From a virus, in IMG/VR virus record IMGVR_UViG_3300034072_001395, positions 32,571 to 96,570 of that record: 64,000 nt of DNA. One strand, written 5' to 3'. Each line of letters begins with the position of its first letter. Positions within the stretch are counted from its first letter, which is position 1. The notes beneath the pieces were generated by a model that was given only the letters and a program-made list of their open reading frames with translations, was not told the origin of the DNA and searched no databases. Of this stretch, positions 46,536 to 55,108 are shown one piece after another. A program made the translations under genes and the position numbers.

Positions 46536-49469
46536 GTGACTTGCACGTCCTTCCGAGGCGCACGCTGCGACGATTGCCCGCTGGGCCCGAAAGGCGCGCT
46601 CCGGTCCACCGACCGCGAGTGGCGCCCCGTGGCGATGGAGGACCACCGCCTGCGCGGGTCCGAGATCCTGGCAGTGCATCAAGCACCGACGCCGGAGGAC
46701 GAGAAGAACGGCAACCTGCTCTCCGGGCGCGACGGCGGCACCTGGGGGCGCGGCCTCGCCAACGCGGGGATGCGCCGCCCGGACGTGTCGAGCACGACGC
46801 TGATCGCGTGCGCGCCTCCGGGCGGCACGGGCGGCGCGTACCGCCGGATGGAGGACAGCCTCCGCCGGCTCAACAAGCTGCGCCAGAAGCAGGGGCTCGC
46901 GCTTCTGGAGCACCCGGCGGCGTGCTGCCGGCCCCGGCTCGAAGCCGACCTGGCCGGGTTCAAGAACATCATCACGCTCGGCAAGAGCGCCACGCAGGCG
47001 CTCACCGGGCTGAACCGGGACATCACGAAGCTGCGCGGCGCGCCGATGGGCGTCGACGCCGAGTGGCAGAAGGTCCCCTACGACGACCCGAAGGCCGTGA
47101 AGCTCGCGCTCGCCAGCTTCGACGTGTCCTTCGTCGCCCGCAACGCGCACTTCATGGGGACGTGGGTGCGCGACATCGCCAAGGCGCGTCGGCTGTTCGA
47201 GGGGCGCCTGCGCTGGACGGACCCGGCGATGGTCTGGCGCCCGTCCCCGGACGAGCTGCGCCTCTGGCTCCGCGAGCTGGCCCGGCGCAAGGAGCGCACA
47301 GCCGTCTTCGACGTGGAGACCTCGCGGCACCCCCAGGGCATGCGCCCCCGGGCGCTCTCGCTCTACACCCTCGCCATCGCGCGTTGGGGCCCGGAGGGCG
47401 AGGGCGGCGCCATCGAGGCGATCGGCATCCAGTTCCTCGACCCGGCGACCGGGACGCGCTGGTACACCGCCGAGCAGGAGGCCGAGGTCAAGGACCTCCT
47501 GCGTACGTTCTTCACCTACGGCGCCGTCACGAAGATGGGGCACAACGCGGGAGCGTTCGACCGGGCCGTCATCGAGGAGCACTTCGGCGTGACGCCGACG
47601 CCGCTGGTGGACAGCATCTTCGCCACGCGGGCGGCCAACCCGGGGCTTCCGAAGGGCCTGAAGCCGACGGGCCGGACGTTCACGGACGTGGGCGAGTGGG
47701 ACAGCGACGACAAGGACGAGGACGGCGGAGGCGCTGCGTCCAAGGACGCGGACGTGTTGTTGCGGTACAACATGATGGACTGCGCGGTCAACCTCGCCAT
47801 GTGGCCGACGATCCGCGAGATCGCGCGGCGGTCGGGCTACTACGACCCGATCCGCCAGGACCTCGCCGACATGATGCTGCCGCCCGAGAAGGCTGGCTCG
47901 CCGCTCACGCTCTCGGACATCGACCACATCGCGCAGGACCGCGCCCTGCGCATGACCGACATCGGCATCTGGATCGACCAGCGCAAGCGCGCCGAGCTGC
48001 ATCAGGAGGCCGAGGCCCAGGCGGCCGCCGTCCTTGACCTGCTCCAGCGCCGTCTGCGGGAGGCCGGCGTCGAGGGCCTGACCGACGCCGACCTGGACAG
48101 CGACGAGGACGAGGACCGCCTGGAGGTCAACCCGAACTCGACGGCCAAGCTGCGCGACATCTACTTCGGCCCCGCGCCCCGCGGCTGGGACCTGCCCTTC
48201 CTGCCCGTCACGGGCGGCGTCGACGCGGCCGGCGACCCGATCTACAGCCGCAAGGACTTCCTCACGGGGACGGGCGACCTGTCCACGTCGGACACGGTCC
48301 ACCGGATGTACCTCGCGTCGGGCGTCCTGAAGCCGCACCAGTTCGACATCATGTACCTCGTGCGGGTCTACCGCCGGCTCAAGACCAAGATCATCGGGAC
48401 GACGCTCCGGCCGCTCGCGCCTGAGCAGAAGAAGTACCAGAAGGGGATCATCTCCGGTATCACGAAGTCGTGGCTGCACTTCGACGGGCGCGTCCACAGT
48501 ATCTTCTCGGCGCACACGACCAGCGTGGGGCGGTACGCGAGTAGTTCCCCTAATGTCACCAACATCGGCAACAAGAAGGGCCAGGGGCAGTTGAAGAAGG
48601 TGTTCGCGGCACCACCCGGCTTCTTCTTCGTGGGCGCCGACCTCAATCAGGCGCACCTGTTCATCATCGCAAACGTCTGGAAGATCCCCGCGTTGTGCGA
48701 GGCCATCGCCAACGGGTACGATCCGCATAACTTCAACGCGGCCACCACATTCAGGGACAACTTCACGCGGGCGCGCGGCTTCCGCGGCCTCAGCGAGAAG
48801 CCCGAGAAGGGCACGCCCGCCGAGGCGATGCGCAACGTCATCAAGACCTTCATCTACGCATCCGTCTACGGCGCCATGCCCGAGACGATCTGGCGCGTGC
48901 TCACGAGCACGGAGACGGATCCACCGCCGGACTGGCTCAAGGACGTGGCGGCCGACAGCGGGCTGACCATCGACGCCCTGGTCAAGTCCACGATGCCGTA
49001 CCTCGGCAAGGCGCTCGACAGCGTGCGCGCCCTGCGGGCCGACTGGCTCGCCGGCCAGCCCGAGTGGCTCGAAGCCTGGCAGCGGGAGGAGGACTTCTAC
49101 GGCCGGCACGGCTACGTCAAGTCCTACCTGTTCGGGCGGTCGAGCGGCGACCTCGGCGAGGACAAGAACAAGGTCGTGAACTTCGGCGTGCTCTCCACGG
49201 AGAGCGACATCATGCGGATCGTCGAGGCCCGCATCGACCGCGCGTTCCCCGGTAAGCTGTTCTACCAGTGTCACGACAGCGCGGCGATCGTGCTCCCGCT
49301 CCCCGAGGGCTACGCGCCGGACTGGCGCCCCAAGAAGGGTGAGCCGCTGCCCGCCTACTTCGAGGACGTGCGCCAGCGGTACGAGGCGCTGTTCCGCGTC
49401 GAGGTCCCCGGCTGGCGCTTCCCGATCACGGGCGAGGCGAGCGTCGGCTTCAACCTCGCCGAGGTCTGA
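46536..49469 (+). CDS. family A DNA polymerase with N-terminal family-4 UDG-like domain and 3'-5' exonuclease (SPO1-like architecture)
   Basis: CDDCPL...C.PP...CRPRL..LG..A...ITKLRG; exonuclease DVET, HNA.AFD, YN..D; polymerase GRY.SS.PN, ADLNQAHL, R...K...Y...YG, CHDS. Confidence 0.92.
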   Translation: MTCTSFRGARCDDCPLGPKGALRSTDREWRPVAMEDHRLRGSEILAVHQAPTPEDEKNGNLLSGRDGGTWGRGLANAGMRRPDVSSTTLIACAPPGGTGGAYRRMEDSLRRLNKLRQKQGLALLEHPAACCRPRLEADLAGFKNIITLGKSATQALTGLNRDITKLRGAPMGVDAEWQKVPYDDPKAVKLALASFDVSFVARNAHFMGTWVRDIAKARRLFEGRLRWTDPAMVWRPSPDELRLWLRELARRKERTAVFDVETSRHPQGMRPRALSLYTLAIARWGPEGEGGAIEAIGIQFLDPATGTRWYTAEQEAEVKDLLRTFFTYGAVTKMGHNAGAFDRAVIEEHFGVTPTPLVDSIFATRAANPGLPKGLKPTGRTFTDVGEWDSDDKDEDGGGAASKDADVLLRYNMMDCAVNLAMWPTIREIARRSGYYDPIRQDLADMMLPPEKAGSPLTLSDIDHIAQDRALRMTDIGIWIDQRKRAELHQEAEAQAAAVLDLLQRRLREAGVEGLTDADLDSDEDEDRLEVNPNSTAKLRDIYFGPAPRGWDLPFLPVTGGVDAAGDPIYSRKDFLTGTGDLSTSDTVHRMYLASGVLKPHQFDIMYLVRVYRRLKTKIIGTTLRPLAPEQKKYQKGIISGITKSWLHFDGRVHSIFSAHTTSVGRYASSSPNVTNIGNKKGQGQLKKVFAAPPGFFFVGADLNQAHLFIIANVWKIPALCEAIANGYDPHNFNAATTFRDNFTRARGFRGLSEKPEKGTPAEAMRNVIKTFIYASVYGAMPETIWRVLTSTETDPPPDWLKDVAADSGLTIDALVKSTMPYLGKALDSVRALRADWLAGQPEWLEAWQREEDFYGRHGYVKSYLFGRSSGDLGEDKNKVVNFGVLSTESDIMRIVEARIDRAFPGKLFYQCHDSAAIVLPLPEGYAPDWRPKKGEPLPAYFEDVRQRYEALFRVEVPGWRFPITGEASVGFNLAEV

Positions 49470-49494
49470 TCTGCGGAAAGTTCTTCGGAAGCAC

Positions 49495-49529
49495 TTGCAG
49501 GTTTCGGGGGCGTAGGCTACTTGCTGTTC
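49495..49529 (+). promoter_or_regulatory. sigma70-like promoter, TACTTG class
   Basis: TTGCAG-N17-TACTTG-CTGTTC. Confidence 0.65.
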
Positions 49530-49576
49530 ATGCCGCGGGCGCTGGAGCGCCAACCGACCAACGCGGCGGAGACAGC

Positions 49577-50083
49577 ATGAAGCGCGCCCTCGTACTCAAC
49601 AGCCACAAGATCGGCACCGACTTCGCCCGGCAGCTCGCCCTGGCGATCAACAACCTGCCCGACGAGATCACCCGGTCCTACGAGGTGGTCACGGCCACCG
49701 AGGTGTGGGGCGCCCACGCCACCGAGTTCGGCGGCTTCAAGGGCTGGCAGGACTTCACGCTCGGCAAGGACGCCTTCGGCCAGCCCCGCTTCGCCGCCTT
49801 CGTCCTCCTCGACGAGCGCGCGATGGGCGCGCCCGAGGGCTTCAACGCCATCGTGCAGGTCAGCGGCACCGAGGCGCTGCTCCCCAAGGTGACCGGCGAC
49901 ATCGTGTGCAAGGCCGCCGAGAAGGGCCTCCGCATCTTCACCCACGAGGGCCGCCGCCTGGAGGGGCAGCCCGAGGTCGAGGTCATGCACTTCGACATCC
50001 CCGACGCCAAGCCGTTCAAGAACGGCAACATGCCGAAGCACACCTGCTACGGCCTCCGCTTCCCCCTCGCCACCACCATCTGA
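49577..50083 (+). CDS. hypothetical protein
   Basis: GGAG RBS; strong GC3 codon bias. Confidence 0.75.
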   Translation: MKRALVLNSHKIGTDFARQLALAINNLPDEITRSYEVVTATEVWGAHATEFGGFKGWQDFTLGKDAFGQPRFAAFVLLDERAMGAPEGFNAIVQVSGTEALLPKVTGDIVCKAAEKGLRIFTHEGRRLEGQPEVEVMHFDIPDAKPFKNGNMPKHTCYGLRFPLATTI

Positions 50084-50103
50084 TCCATCAAGGAGACCTC
50101 GCC

Positions 50104-52371
50104 ATGCGCATCAGCCAGATCGACACCAACTTCCGCCACGCCAACGGCCTCACCTGCGCCTTCAACCGGCACCGGGGCGTCATCGTCCTCGCCGGCGCCA
50201 ACGGCGCGGGCAAGACCTCGATCCTCAACGCCCTGGCGCTCGCCGCCTTCAACGAGGCGTACTCGGACGCCAAGGGCGCCTTCTTCTCCTCCGGCCCGAT
50301 CATCGCCGAGGAGGGCCTGCCCGCCGGCCAGACGGCGCTGACGGCCACCGTGGCCTGGAGCACCACGGATGGGCGTGAGGTCAAGTCCGACTACACGCTC
50401 AAGGTCGACAAGAAGGGCGCCACGAAGGTCACCCGCGACGGCCTGTCCTTCGGCAACGCGCCGCACGCGGCCGTGACCGACATCCTGCGCCGGAACGCCG
50501 AGGTCCTGGCCCGCGACATGGCCGGCTTCGTCATCCCCGACACGAGCGGCGTGGTCGACCCCGAGTGGGGCGCTCCGCTCAAGGCCGTCATGGCCCGCGC
50601 CCAGCAGCGCAACCCGGCCGTGTGGTTCGAGCAGGCGCTCAACGTCCTGAACGTCGATCTGAAGTCCGAGCAGAGCGCCGCCGACGCCATCGCCCACCCG
50701 CCCGTCGGCGTCTACGAGGTCACGGACGAGGAGATCCTCACCGCGGACGAGGCCCGCGCCGAGATCGAGGCGGCCATCAAGAGCGCCGAGGACAACGTGC
50801 GGGCGTGGGCCCGCTACAACGAGAGCATGGGCCGCTGGCAGGAGCAGGAGCGCCAGCGCGATCAGCTCGTCATGCAGCTCGCGCAGATCGAGGCGGCCCC
50901 GTCCACCAACGAGGCGCGCGCCCGGATGCTCGACGATCTCGGCAACGTGATCGACTACTTCGTGCGCAACGCGAGCACCCCGCCGAAGGTCTGCCCGTGC
51001 TGCTGGCGCGGCGGCGACTTCACCATCGGCGAGGCGGAGGCCGCCAAGGTGCGTGACATGGCCGCCAAGGCCCGCGCCGCCGACGAGACGGCCGCCGCCA
51101 CGGCGCGGAAGCGCACCGCCATCCAGCGCAGCATCGACGCCCTGGACATGCGGTGCCCGACGCCGCCCGCCAGCGACGAGGTGGATGCCGACGATGTGGC
51201 CGAGGAGGTGGCCCGCCTCAAGGCGGACGCCGCGCACGCCGACGCCCGCGTCACCGAGCTGCGCAACGCCAAGGCCGCCTGGCTCGCCGACCAGCGGCGC
51301 CTCGCCGCCCTGGAGGCCAAGCGCGCGCGGATCGAGGCGCTGAAGTCGCAGATCGAGCAGGTCGCCGCCCGGCGCAAGAAGCTGGTCGAGGACGCCCTCG
51401 ACGACTTCATCGCCCGCGCCAAGGGCTACATGCCCGACGCCGAGGCGCTCGGTGGCCGCACCCTGGTCGTGGACCTGCGCTCCAGCCGCCCGTTCGTCGG
51501 GCTGGAGGACGCCGACGGCAACCGCTTCAAGCCCTGCGGCGGCGAGTGGCAGGCCATCGTGGTCGCCTTCGCGTGCGCCGGCTTCGAGCGGACGGCCTCG
51601 CCGATCCTCCTGCCCGACATCAACTGGGGCGCCGCGCTCCTCACGGCCTGCGCGAAGGCGTGGTGCGCCTACCCCGGCGTGGTGGTCGTGCAGACCAACA
51701 GCGCCCCCGAGGCGCTGGACAGCATCGCCAACGTCGTGCGCCTCACGCCGGCGGAGGGCAAGCCGCCCACGCCGACCGCCGAGCCCGTGGTCGAGGAGGC
51801 GCCCGCCGTGGTCGAGGGGCCGCCCGTCATCACGGAGGACGTGATCGAGGACCTGGCGCCCGTGGCCGTGGACTGGACCGACGAGGACCTGCGCGGCCTC
51901 CCCCGGGCGCTGTTCGCCCCGCGGCACCGGGCGCTGACCGCCCAGCCGACGAAGCCCCTGGCGGCGTGCCAGTGGGTCTTCGGCCCCGCCGGCGTGGAGC
52001 ACCTGAAGCACGGCGGCGCGGTGTGGATCGAGGACGCCAACGGCAAGTCGTACAAGGCCAGCGTGATGCTCCAGACCTCGTCGGTCTGCATCAACCACAC
52101 CTCGCTCGGCAAGGTGCTGATCGGCGGCGACAGCGCGTGCCTGGGGAAGTTCGAGGCCGTCGGCAAGCCGGAGTTCCGCATCATCGCCGTCGAGAAGATC
52201 GACGACATCGAGACGGCGCACGCTGACGCCACCGCGCGGATCCGCAGCTTCAGCCCGCGCTACCCGCTCTCGCGCGCCAAGACCGAGGGCGCCCCGGTCT
52301 GGCTGCTTGAACTCGCCATGAAGGTCGTGACGACCAGCGCCACGCTCCCCTACGGCCTCGTCGCCGAGTAG
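50104..52371 (+). CDS. SMC/Rad50-like ABC ATPase with coiled coil and C-terminal extension
   Basis: GANGAGKTS, central CPCC hook, signature-like CGGE, ILLPD; AAGGAG RBS. Confidence 0.8.
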   Translation: MRISQIDTNFRHANGLTCAFNRHRGVIVLAGANGAGKTSILNALALAAFNEAYSDAKGAFFSSGPIIAEEGLPAGQTALTATVAWSTTDGREVKSDYTLKVDKKGATKVTRDGLSFGNAPHAAVTDILRRNAEVLARDMAGFVIPDTSGVVDPEWGAPLKAVMARAQQRNPAVWFEQALNVLNVDLKSEQSAADAIAHPPVGVYEVTDEEILTADEARAEIEAAIKSAEDNVRAWARYNESMGRWQEQERQRDQLVMQLAQIEAAPSTNEARARMLDDLGNVIDYFVRNASTPPKVCPCCWRGGDFTIGEAEAAKVRDMAAKARAADETAAATARKRTAIQRSIDALDMRCPTPPASDEVDADDVAEEVARLKADAAHADARVTELRNAKAAWLADQRRLAALEAKRARIEALKSQIEQVAARRKKLVEDALDDFIARAKGYMPDAEALGGRTLVVDLRSSRPFVGLEDADGNRFKPCGGEWQAIVVAFACAGFERTASPILLPDINWGAALLTACAKAWCAYPGVVVVQTNSAPEALDSIANVVRLTPAEGKPPTPTAEPVVEEAPAVVEGPPVITEDVIEDLAPVAVDWTDEDLRGLPRALFAPRHRALTAQPTKPLAACQWVFGPAGVEHLKHGGAVWIEDANGKSYKASVMLQTSSVCINHTSLGKVLIGGDSACLGKFEAVGKPEFRIIAVEKIDDIETAHADATARIRSFSPRYPLSRAKTEGAPVWLLELAMKVVTTSATLPYGLVAE

Positions 52372-52381
52372 CCCGGCGGGC

Positions 52382-52840
52382 TCAGATGCCCGTCGAGCCC
52401 AGGCCGCCCTCGCCCCTCACGGCGAGGGCGTTGTCGTTGGCGAGCCCCGTGACCCACACGGGCTCCACGCAGGCGAACACCACCTGGGCGATGCGGTCGC
52501 CGCGAGCGACCTTGAACGCCGGGCCGGGCTGCGTGTTGTGCAGGATCACCTTCAGCTCGCCGTCGTAGTCGCTGTCGACGGTTCCGGGGGCGTTGAGCAC
52601 GCAGACACCGTACTTGGCGGCGAGGCCGCTGCGCGACCGGATCTGCGCCTCGATGCCGTGCGGCATGCGCAGCCGGATGCCCGTGCTGATGACGGCCACG
52701 GCACCGGGCTCGATGACGGCGTCGGCCGCCGCGCAGATGTCGAAGCCGGACGCCCCGGCGGTCATGCGGACGATCGGGAAGGCGTCGGGCGCGCCGGGGA
52801 ACTGCTCGATCTGGATCTGCGGGAGAGTGAACACTTGCAA
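52382..52840 (-). CDS. dut: dUTPase (trimeric)
   Basis: SGFDI, RSGLA, GTVDSDYDGE, GDRIAQ, RGEGGLGSTG. Confidence 0.95.
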   Translation of the reverse strand: MQVFTLPQIQIEQFPGAPDAFPIVRMTAGASGFDICAAADAVIEPGAVAVISTGIRLRMPHGIEAQIRSRSGLAAKYGVCVLNAPGTVDSDYDGELKVILHNTQPGPAFKVARGDRIAQVVFACVEPVWVTGLANDNALAVRGEGGLGSTGI

Positions 52841-52915
52841 CTCCAGCGGCCCGGGTTATTGTTGGTGTGTCGCCGGGCTCGCGGACTGAGCCTAACGCGG
52901 CGGCAGGAGGTACGC

Positions 52916-53272
52916 ATGAGCGACAGCGAAGAACGGGACAGCCAGCCGTTCGTCTACAACAACGTCGACCTGGGGCCCGATCCGGGCGCCGACATGACCC
53001 GGTGGGTGCGCCAGCAGGACCCGAACCGCGTCGGGCGGACGGACGCCGCGATCCTGACGGCCGCGCTCCGTGAGGCGATCAACGAGATCGACGGCGACAA
53101 GTGGACGCTCACCGTGGCGTGCGATGGTCTCCGCTACACGGTGACCGTGTGCGTCGACGAGATGGAGATCGAGCACGTCGACGTGGGCGAGGCCAACGCC
53201 TTCCGCGGCATCCTGCGCCAGATCGACGACACATGGAACTACGCCAGGCCGCCCAAGCCGACGGCCCGCTGA
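52916..53272 (+). CDS. hypothetical protein
   Basis: AGGAGGT RBS. Confidence 0.7.
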   Translation: MSDSEERDSQPFVYNNVDLGPDPGADMTRWVRQQDPNRVGRTDAAILTAALREAINEIDGDKWTLTVACDGLRYTVTVCVDEMEIEHVDVGEANAFRGILRQIDDTWNYARPPKPTAR

Positions 53273-53312
53273 CCCGCCGGACGTGTTAGGCTCCCGCAAC
53301 GGCGAGGGCCTC

Positions 53313-53831
53313 ATGGGTCGACGGTCGGCGTTCCCGCGCAAGAGCCAGTGGGCCACCGTGTTCGCCGATGCCAGCGTGCGCCGAGACGACGGCTACGCCG
53401 GCGTCGGGCTGGTCCTGGCACGGTTCGACGAGGGTGAGGTCTGGCACCAGTTCACGGCGCTGGTGCCGCGCTCGCACGTCAAGCGCCGGCACGACGTAGA
53501 CCCGCTGTACGCCGAGATGTACGGCTGCGTGCTCGGCATCGAGACGGCGCTCGACCTCTGGTGGCACGACATCCAGGGCGTCCACCTGCGCTGCGACAAC
53601 AAGAACGCCGTCGACTTGCTCACGGCGGCCGAGCGCCTGCATCGCAAGGGTGCCGGCTGCGCAGCCTTCGACGCGCTGACCCGGCGACCCGACATCCGCG
53701 AGCTACTGATCTGGCGCTCGATGCTGCCGACCTTGTGCTCGCCGCGCTGGGTGCCGGGCCACCAGAAGTCCTGCTCGAAGGCGGCCAAGGCGAACCGCCT
53801 GGCCGACCGCCTCAGCCGTCTTGCGGGGTGA
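53313..53831 (+). CDS. RNase HI-like protein
   Basis: VFADAS, AE..G, RCDN..AV, WVPGH, N..AD.L. Confidence 0.8.
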   Translation: MGRRSAFPRKSQWATVFADASVRRDDGYAGVGLVLARFDEGEVWHQFTALVPRSHVKRRHDVDPLYAEMYGCVLGIETALDLWWHDIQGVHLRCDNKNAVDLLTAAERLHRKGAGCAAFDALTRRPDIRELLIWRSMLPTLCSPRWVPGHQKSCSKAAKANRLADRLSRLAG

Positions 53832-54069
53832 CTTCGGGCAGCACGAAAGGGTCCTCGCCGCAGAGGAGCATGTTGCGCATGAGGTAGCAGTCAACGTAGT
53901 ACGTTCCGGCACGGATCTGCCTCGAAAGGTTCTCGCCCATGCGCTTGCGCTCCTCCGCGGGGGCCGCCTCCAAGGCGGCGCTCAGGTCGGCGTTCTGCTC
54001 GGTCAGGTTGCGGATCTGCTCCCGCAAGAAGTCGTAGTCGCTCAGCTCGATCGTGACGGTGCCCTTCAT
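53812..54069 (-). CDS. coiled-coil hypothetical protein
   Basis: AGGAG RBS; own promoter at 54118-54149. Confidence 0.7.
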   Translation of the reverse strand: MKGTVTIELSDYDFLREQIRNLTEQNADLSAALEAAPAEERKRMGENLSRQIRAGTYYVDCYLMRNMLLCGEDPFVLPEVTPQDG

Positions 54070-54117
54070 GGGATGCTCCTGCTTTGTTGGCGTGTCTGCC
54101 GGCCCGCGCCGGCTGTT

Positions 54118-54149
54118 CAACATGTACCCAGGTCAGAACAGGGTGTCAA
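54118..54149 (-). promoter_or_regulatory. sigma70-like promoter, TAC(T/A)TG class
   Basis: TTGACA-N17-TACATG-TTG. Confidence 0.7.
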
Positions 54150-55092
54150 GCGCCGCACGACCGAGCGCCGTCGCCAGGGGAGGCGGGACGGCGTTGCCGA
54201 TCTGCGCGTAGACCTGCGCCGACGTGCCAGCGAAGAAGAGCCCGGGGTGGAAGCCCTGGAGGATGGCGCACTCGGCCACGGTCAGGCGCCGGCGCCCGAC
54301 GGCCAGGAAGGCTGCGTCGGAGGCGCGATCGGGACCGCCGTTGAACGTCCAGCCCGACCGCTCCGAGGCCCGGGTGCCCTTGACCTCCGTGGTCATCACG
54401 GTGGGCGCCGGGCGGTCCAGGCGCCCAGGCTCGCTGCCGGCGCGTCCGGTGCCGACGGGGTAGACGACCTCGTCGCAGTGGGGACAGCGGTTGCGCGGCC
54501 CCGACGTGCAGCGCGCCAGGGAGGATAGGGCCTCGCGCATGGTGGGCGCCGGCGTCTCCCTCGCGTGAACCGTGGCGACGAAGGCCGCCAGGGCCTCGGC
54601 GCTGGCGTGCGCCGCGAGGATGATCCGCCAGCGCGTCTGTGCGACGCCGAAGGCACTGGCGTTCACCGCGATGACCTCGACGGCGTAGCCGAGGGCCTCG
54701 ACGGCTGGCTTCCACTCGCGCAGCGCCACGTCCTCGGCGGCGTACACGTTCTCGACCAGAACGGCTCGCGGGCGCGTGTGCGCGATGGCGGCGAGCGTCG
54801 CGGGCCAGCCGTCGAACGCCTCGTGGCGTCGGCGGCTGTTGGCCCTGCTGTGCAGTTGGCACGGCGGCGACGCCCACAGGAGGCCCGTCGGGATGCGCGG
54901 CAGGGCCTCGATGACACCGGGCGCCTCGATGTCCTCCTGGCGCACGACGCCCTCGTAGCCGAGGAAGCACCGCAGCGTGTCGCACGCCACCGGGTCGCGC
55001 TCGACGGCGGCGAGGTGCTTGAAGCCGGCGACGTGGAGCCCCCGAGAGGCTCCGCCGCCGCCGGCGAACAGGTCGATCAAGTAGGGCTTCAT
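54133..55092 (-). CDS. DNA (cytosine-5)-methyltransferase
   Basis: DLFAGGGG, SPPCQ, ENV, Q.R.R, RRLTV.E....QGF, QIGNAVPP. Confidence 0.93.
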   Translation of the reverse strand: MKPYLIDLFAGGGGASRGLHVAGFKHLAAVERDPVACDTLRCFLGYEGVVRQEDIEAPGVIEALPRIPTGLLWASPPCQLHSRANSRRRHEAFDGWPATLAAIAHTRPRAVLVENVYAAEDVALREWKPAVEALGYAVEVIAVNASAFGVAQTRWRIILAAHASAEALAAFVATVHARETPAPTMREALSSLARCTSGPRNRCPHCDEVVYPVGTGRAGSEPGRLDRPAPTVMTTEVKGTRASERSGWTFNGGPDRASDAAFLAVGRRRLTVAECAILQGFHPGLFFAGTSAQVYAQIGNAVPPPLATALGRAALDTLF

Positions 55093-55108
55093 CGAGCGCC
55101 CTCCTGGG

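Noticed and set aside
46536-49469. Polymerase as DpoZ of a 2-aminoadenine genome
   Set aside because: No PurZ, DatZ or MazZ recognised here, and adenine methylases are present; the rest of the genome is unseen
53313-53831. RNase H as part of a retron, DGR or other retroelement
   Set aside because: No reverse transcriptase motifs or TR/VR pair found in the window
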